A DNA stretch of 64,000 bases. Source: Bacteroidia bacterium (lineage in GTDB: Bacteria; Bacteroidota; Bacteroidia; NS11-12g; UBA9320). Under the pieces are notes generated by a model. The model did not search any database, was not told the origin of the DNA, and was given only the letters and a program-made list of their open reading frames with translations. A program made the translations under genes and the position numbers. Position 1 is the first letter of the stretch, and every line of letters starts with the position of its first letter. Shown here piece by piece: positions 62,602-64,000 of this stretch. The stretch covers positions 64,751-128,750 of the forward strand of contig JAQWNJ010000014.1 in NCBI GenBank assembly GCA_029268695.1, written 5' to 3'.

Positions 62602-64000
62602 TTATAGCTTAAATATTACTCCAAACAGAACTTGTCTTGGCGGCTGGTATCGAGCTGGATTATTTGGTGGCAAGCCACTTTCCTCTGGACCTAAATATCT
62701 GTCATCTCTCCAATTATTAGGTACATCATCCCCGCGTTCCCACGCCCCCCCCGTAACAGGGTTAATTATTTGAGCTCTCTTAGTATCAAATAAATTTCTA
62801 ACTTCAATACTCAGTGTTATCCCTTTTTTATTTTTACCCACAAAAGTCTTGGTTAATTTAATATCAGCATTCACCCATGGAGTTGCTCTTTCTTCTAAAA
62901 AAGATGTTAAATCAGTAGCGTATTCTGGTCTTCCTAGAGCATTGTAACCTTCAAGTATCATAGGAGTATATCGAAACCCACTCTGATAAGACGAACTAAA
63001 GTAAACTTGTATCCCGTCCATCCAATTGGAATAATAACTCGCACTACTATCCGGCGTAAAAACACTCCCTAAATTAATATTCCATGGTCTGTCCCATGCT
63101 AAATAATTTTCTGTACTCAAAGGTACTTCACCATTTTGAGCAATTTGCAAGCTGCTCTCTCGAGCACTATTGCTCTTCCCTTTTGCCAGTTGATAAGCTA
63201 CGTTTCCAAATATCCGAAACTGATTGGTTGCCCTCCATATGACATTTATTTCTGCTCCTTGAACTTTTGCATAATCTTGGTTAATATACATTGTTTTACT
63301 CACAGGGCGGCCAGTCTGGTCATTAACAATAACTTTTCTGCTTACAATATAATCAAATCGATTGTTATTATAAGCAGCCACTGTTAGACCTAAGTTTTTT
63401 CCTATCTGAGACTTAAATCCTATTTCATAAGAAATATTAACCTCAGGATTCAAATCTGGATTTCCTAAAAAAGACAAAAAACTTCTATCTTGATACACTG
63501 GATCTAATCCTGCATACAAAAATCTAGGATGAGGCAATCTCATGCTATGAGAATAATTAAAGTACAACACATTGTTACTGGTTACAGGGAAGGATACATT
63601 GACCTTTGGAAGAATTCTTGCCTTATATCGTAAACCGAAAACCTTAATTGTATTTTTTTGATAATCAGACCTAACTTGATCAATAACTGGAGCCTCAGGG
63701 TTAGCGACTGCATCATCAGCAAACTTACCTGGTGCCCAATAATTAAATCGGAATCCTAGATTAGCGATAATTCCTTTATAATCTATTTTGTCACTAAAGA
63801 ATAAACCTCCGTTATTTGGCTTCACATTCCAGATATCATTACTTGAACCTATACTAATACTTGGAGTGCTTGTGCTATCATTTATCACAATTGGTGCTCC
63901 TACCCATGGACGTGTAACATCCACCCATTGGTATTGATTCAATTTTTGCTCCCATCCAAAATTAATCTGGTGCACTTTACTCGAAGGATAATATTTAGCA
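62602..64000 (-). CDS. TonB-dependent receptor (5' partial, C-terminal barrel)
   Basis: Frame open to the window edge; PKVNVSFP, GNPDLNPE..YEIG, GAEIN, RNLFD, terminal PRQVLFGVIFKL. Confidence 0.88.
   Translation of the reverse strand, partial: AKYYPSSKVHQINFGWEQKLNQYQWVDVTRPWVGAPIVINDSTSTPSISIGSSNDIWNVKPNNGGLFFSDKIDYKGIIANLGFRFNYWAPGKFADDAVANPEAPVIDQVRSDYQKNTIKVFGLRYKARILPKVNVSFPVTSNNVLYFNYSHSMRLPHPRFLYAGLDPVYQDRSFLSFLGNPDLNPEVNISYEIGFKSQIGKNLGLTVAAYNNNRFDYIVSRKVIVNDQTGRPVSKTMYINQDYAKVQGAEINVIWRATNQFRIFGNVAYQLAKGKSNSARESSLQIAQNGEVPLSTENYLAWDRPWNINLGSVFTPDSSASYYSNWMDGIQVYFSSSYQSGFRYTPMILEGYNALGRPEYATDLTSFLEERATPWVNADIKLTKTFVGKNKKGITLSIEVRNLFDTKRAQIINPVTGGAWERGDDVPNNWRDDRYLGPEESGLPPNNPARYQPPRQVLFGVIFKL

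Noticed and set aside
354..63387. Numerous 60-140 aa ORFs antisense to or nested in long genes
   Set aside because: Shadows of well-supported CDSs with no motifs; only the 58386-58511 lipoprotein was kept
1..64000. tRNA, rRNA, IS elements, integrases or prophage
   Set aside because: Intergenic gaps are short and no such signatures were seen; the only structured RNA recognised is the SAM-I riboswitch

Overview
AT-rich, very gene-dense chromosomal segment of a Bacteroidota bacterium. This is inferred from T9SS cargo proteins, a PorV-family gene, TAnnTTTG promoters and a split metH; compact spacing suggests a streamlined aquatic lineage. About 50 CDSs are present. I found no rRNA, tRNA, CRISPR array, prophage or transposase. 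Housekeeping genes: pdhB, trhO, sucA, mfd, kynU, mpl, pccB, pyrC, metH, bshA, aroE, YebC and ABC-F. They are interleaved with envelope modules: (1) a TonB receptor/HMA-MauE/MbnP/MbnH/HMA copper-type cluster; (2) a Mn/Zn ABC operon with a permease fused to a DtxR/MntR domain; (3) a divergent TonB receptor plus HmuY-like pair; (4) a cytochrome c/OB-fold/YceI/DUF5777 operon of unknown function; (5) an ECF sigma factor, a membrane partner ending in a T9SS type B CTD, and a ~1950-aa T9SS surface protein. A SAM-I riboswitch precedes metH. sucA is interrupted by a single in-frame TAA. All family calls come from reading motifs by eye; no searches were run.
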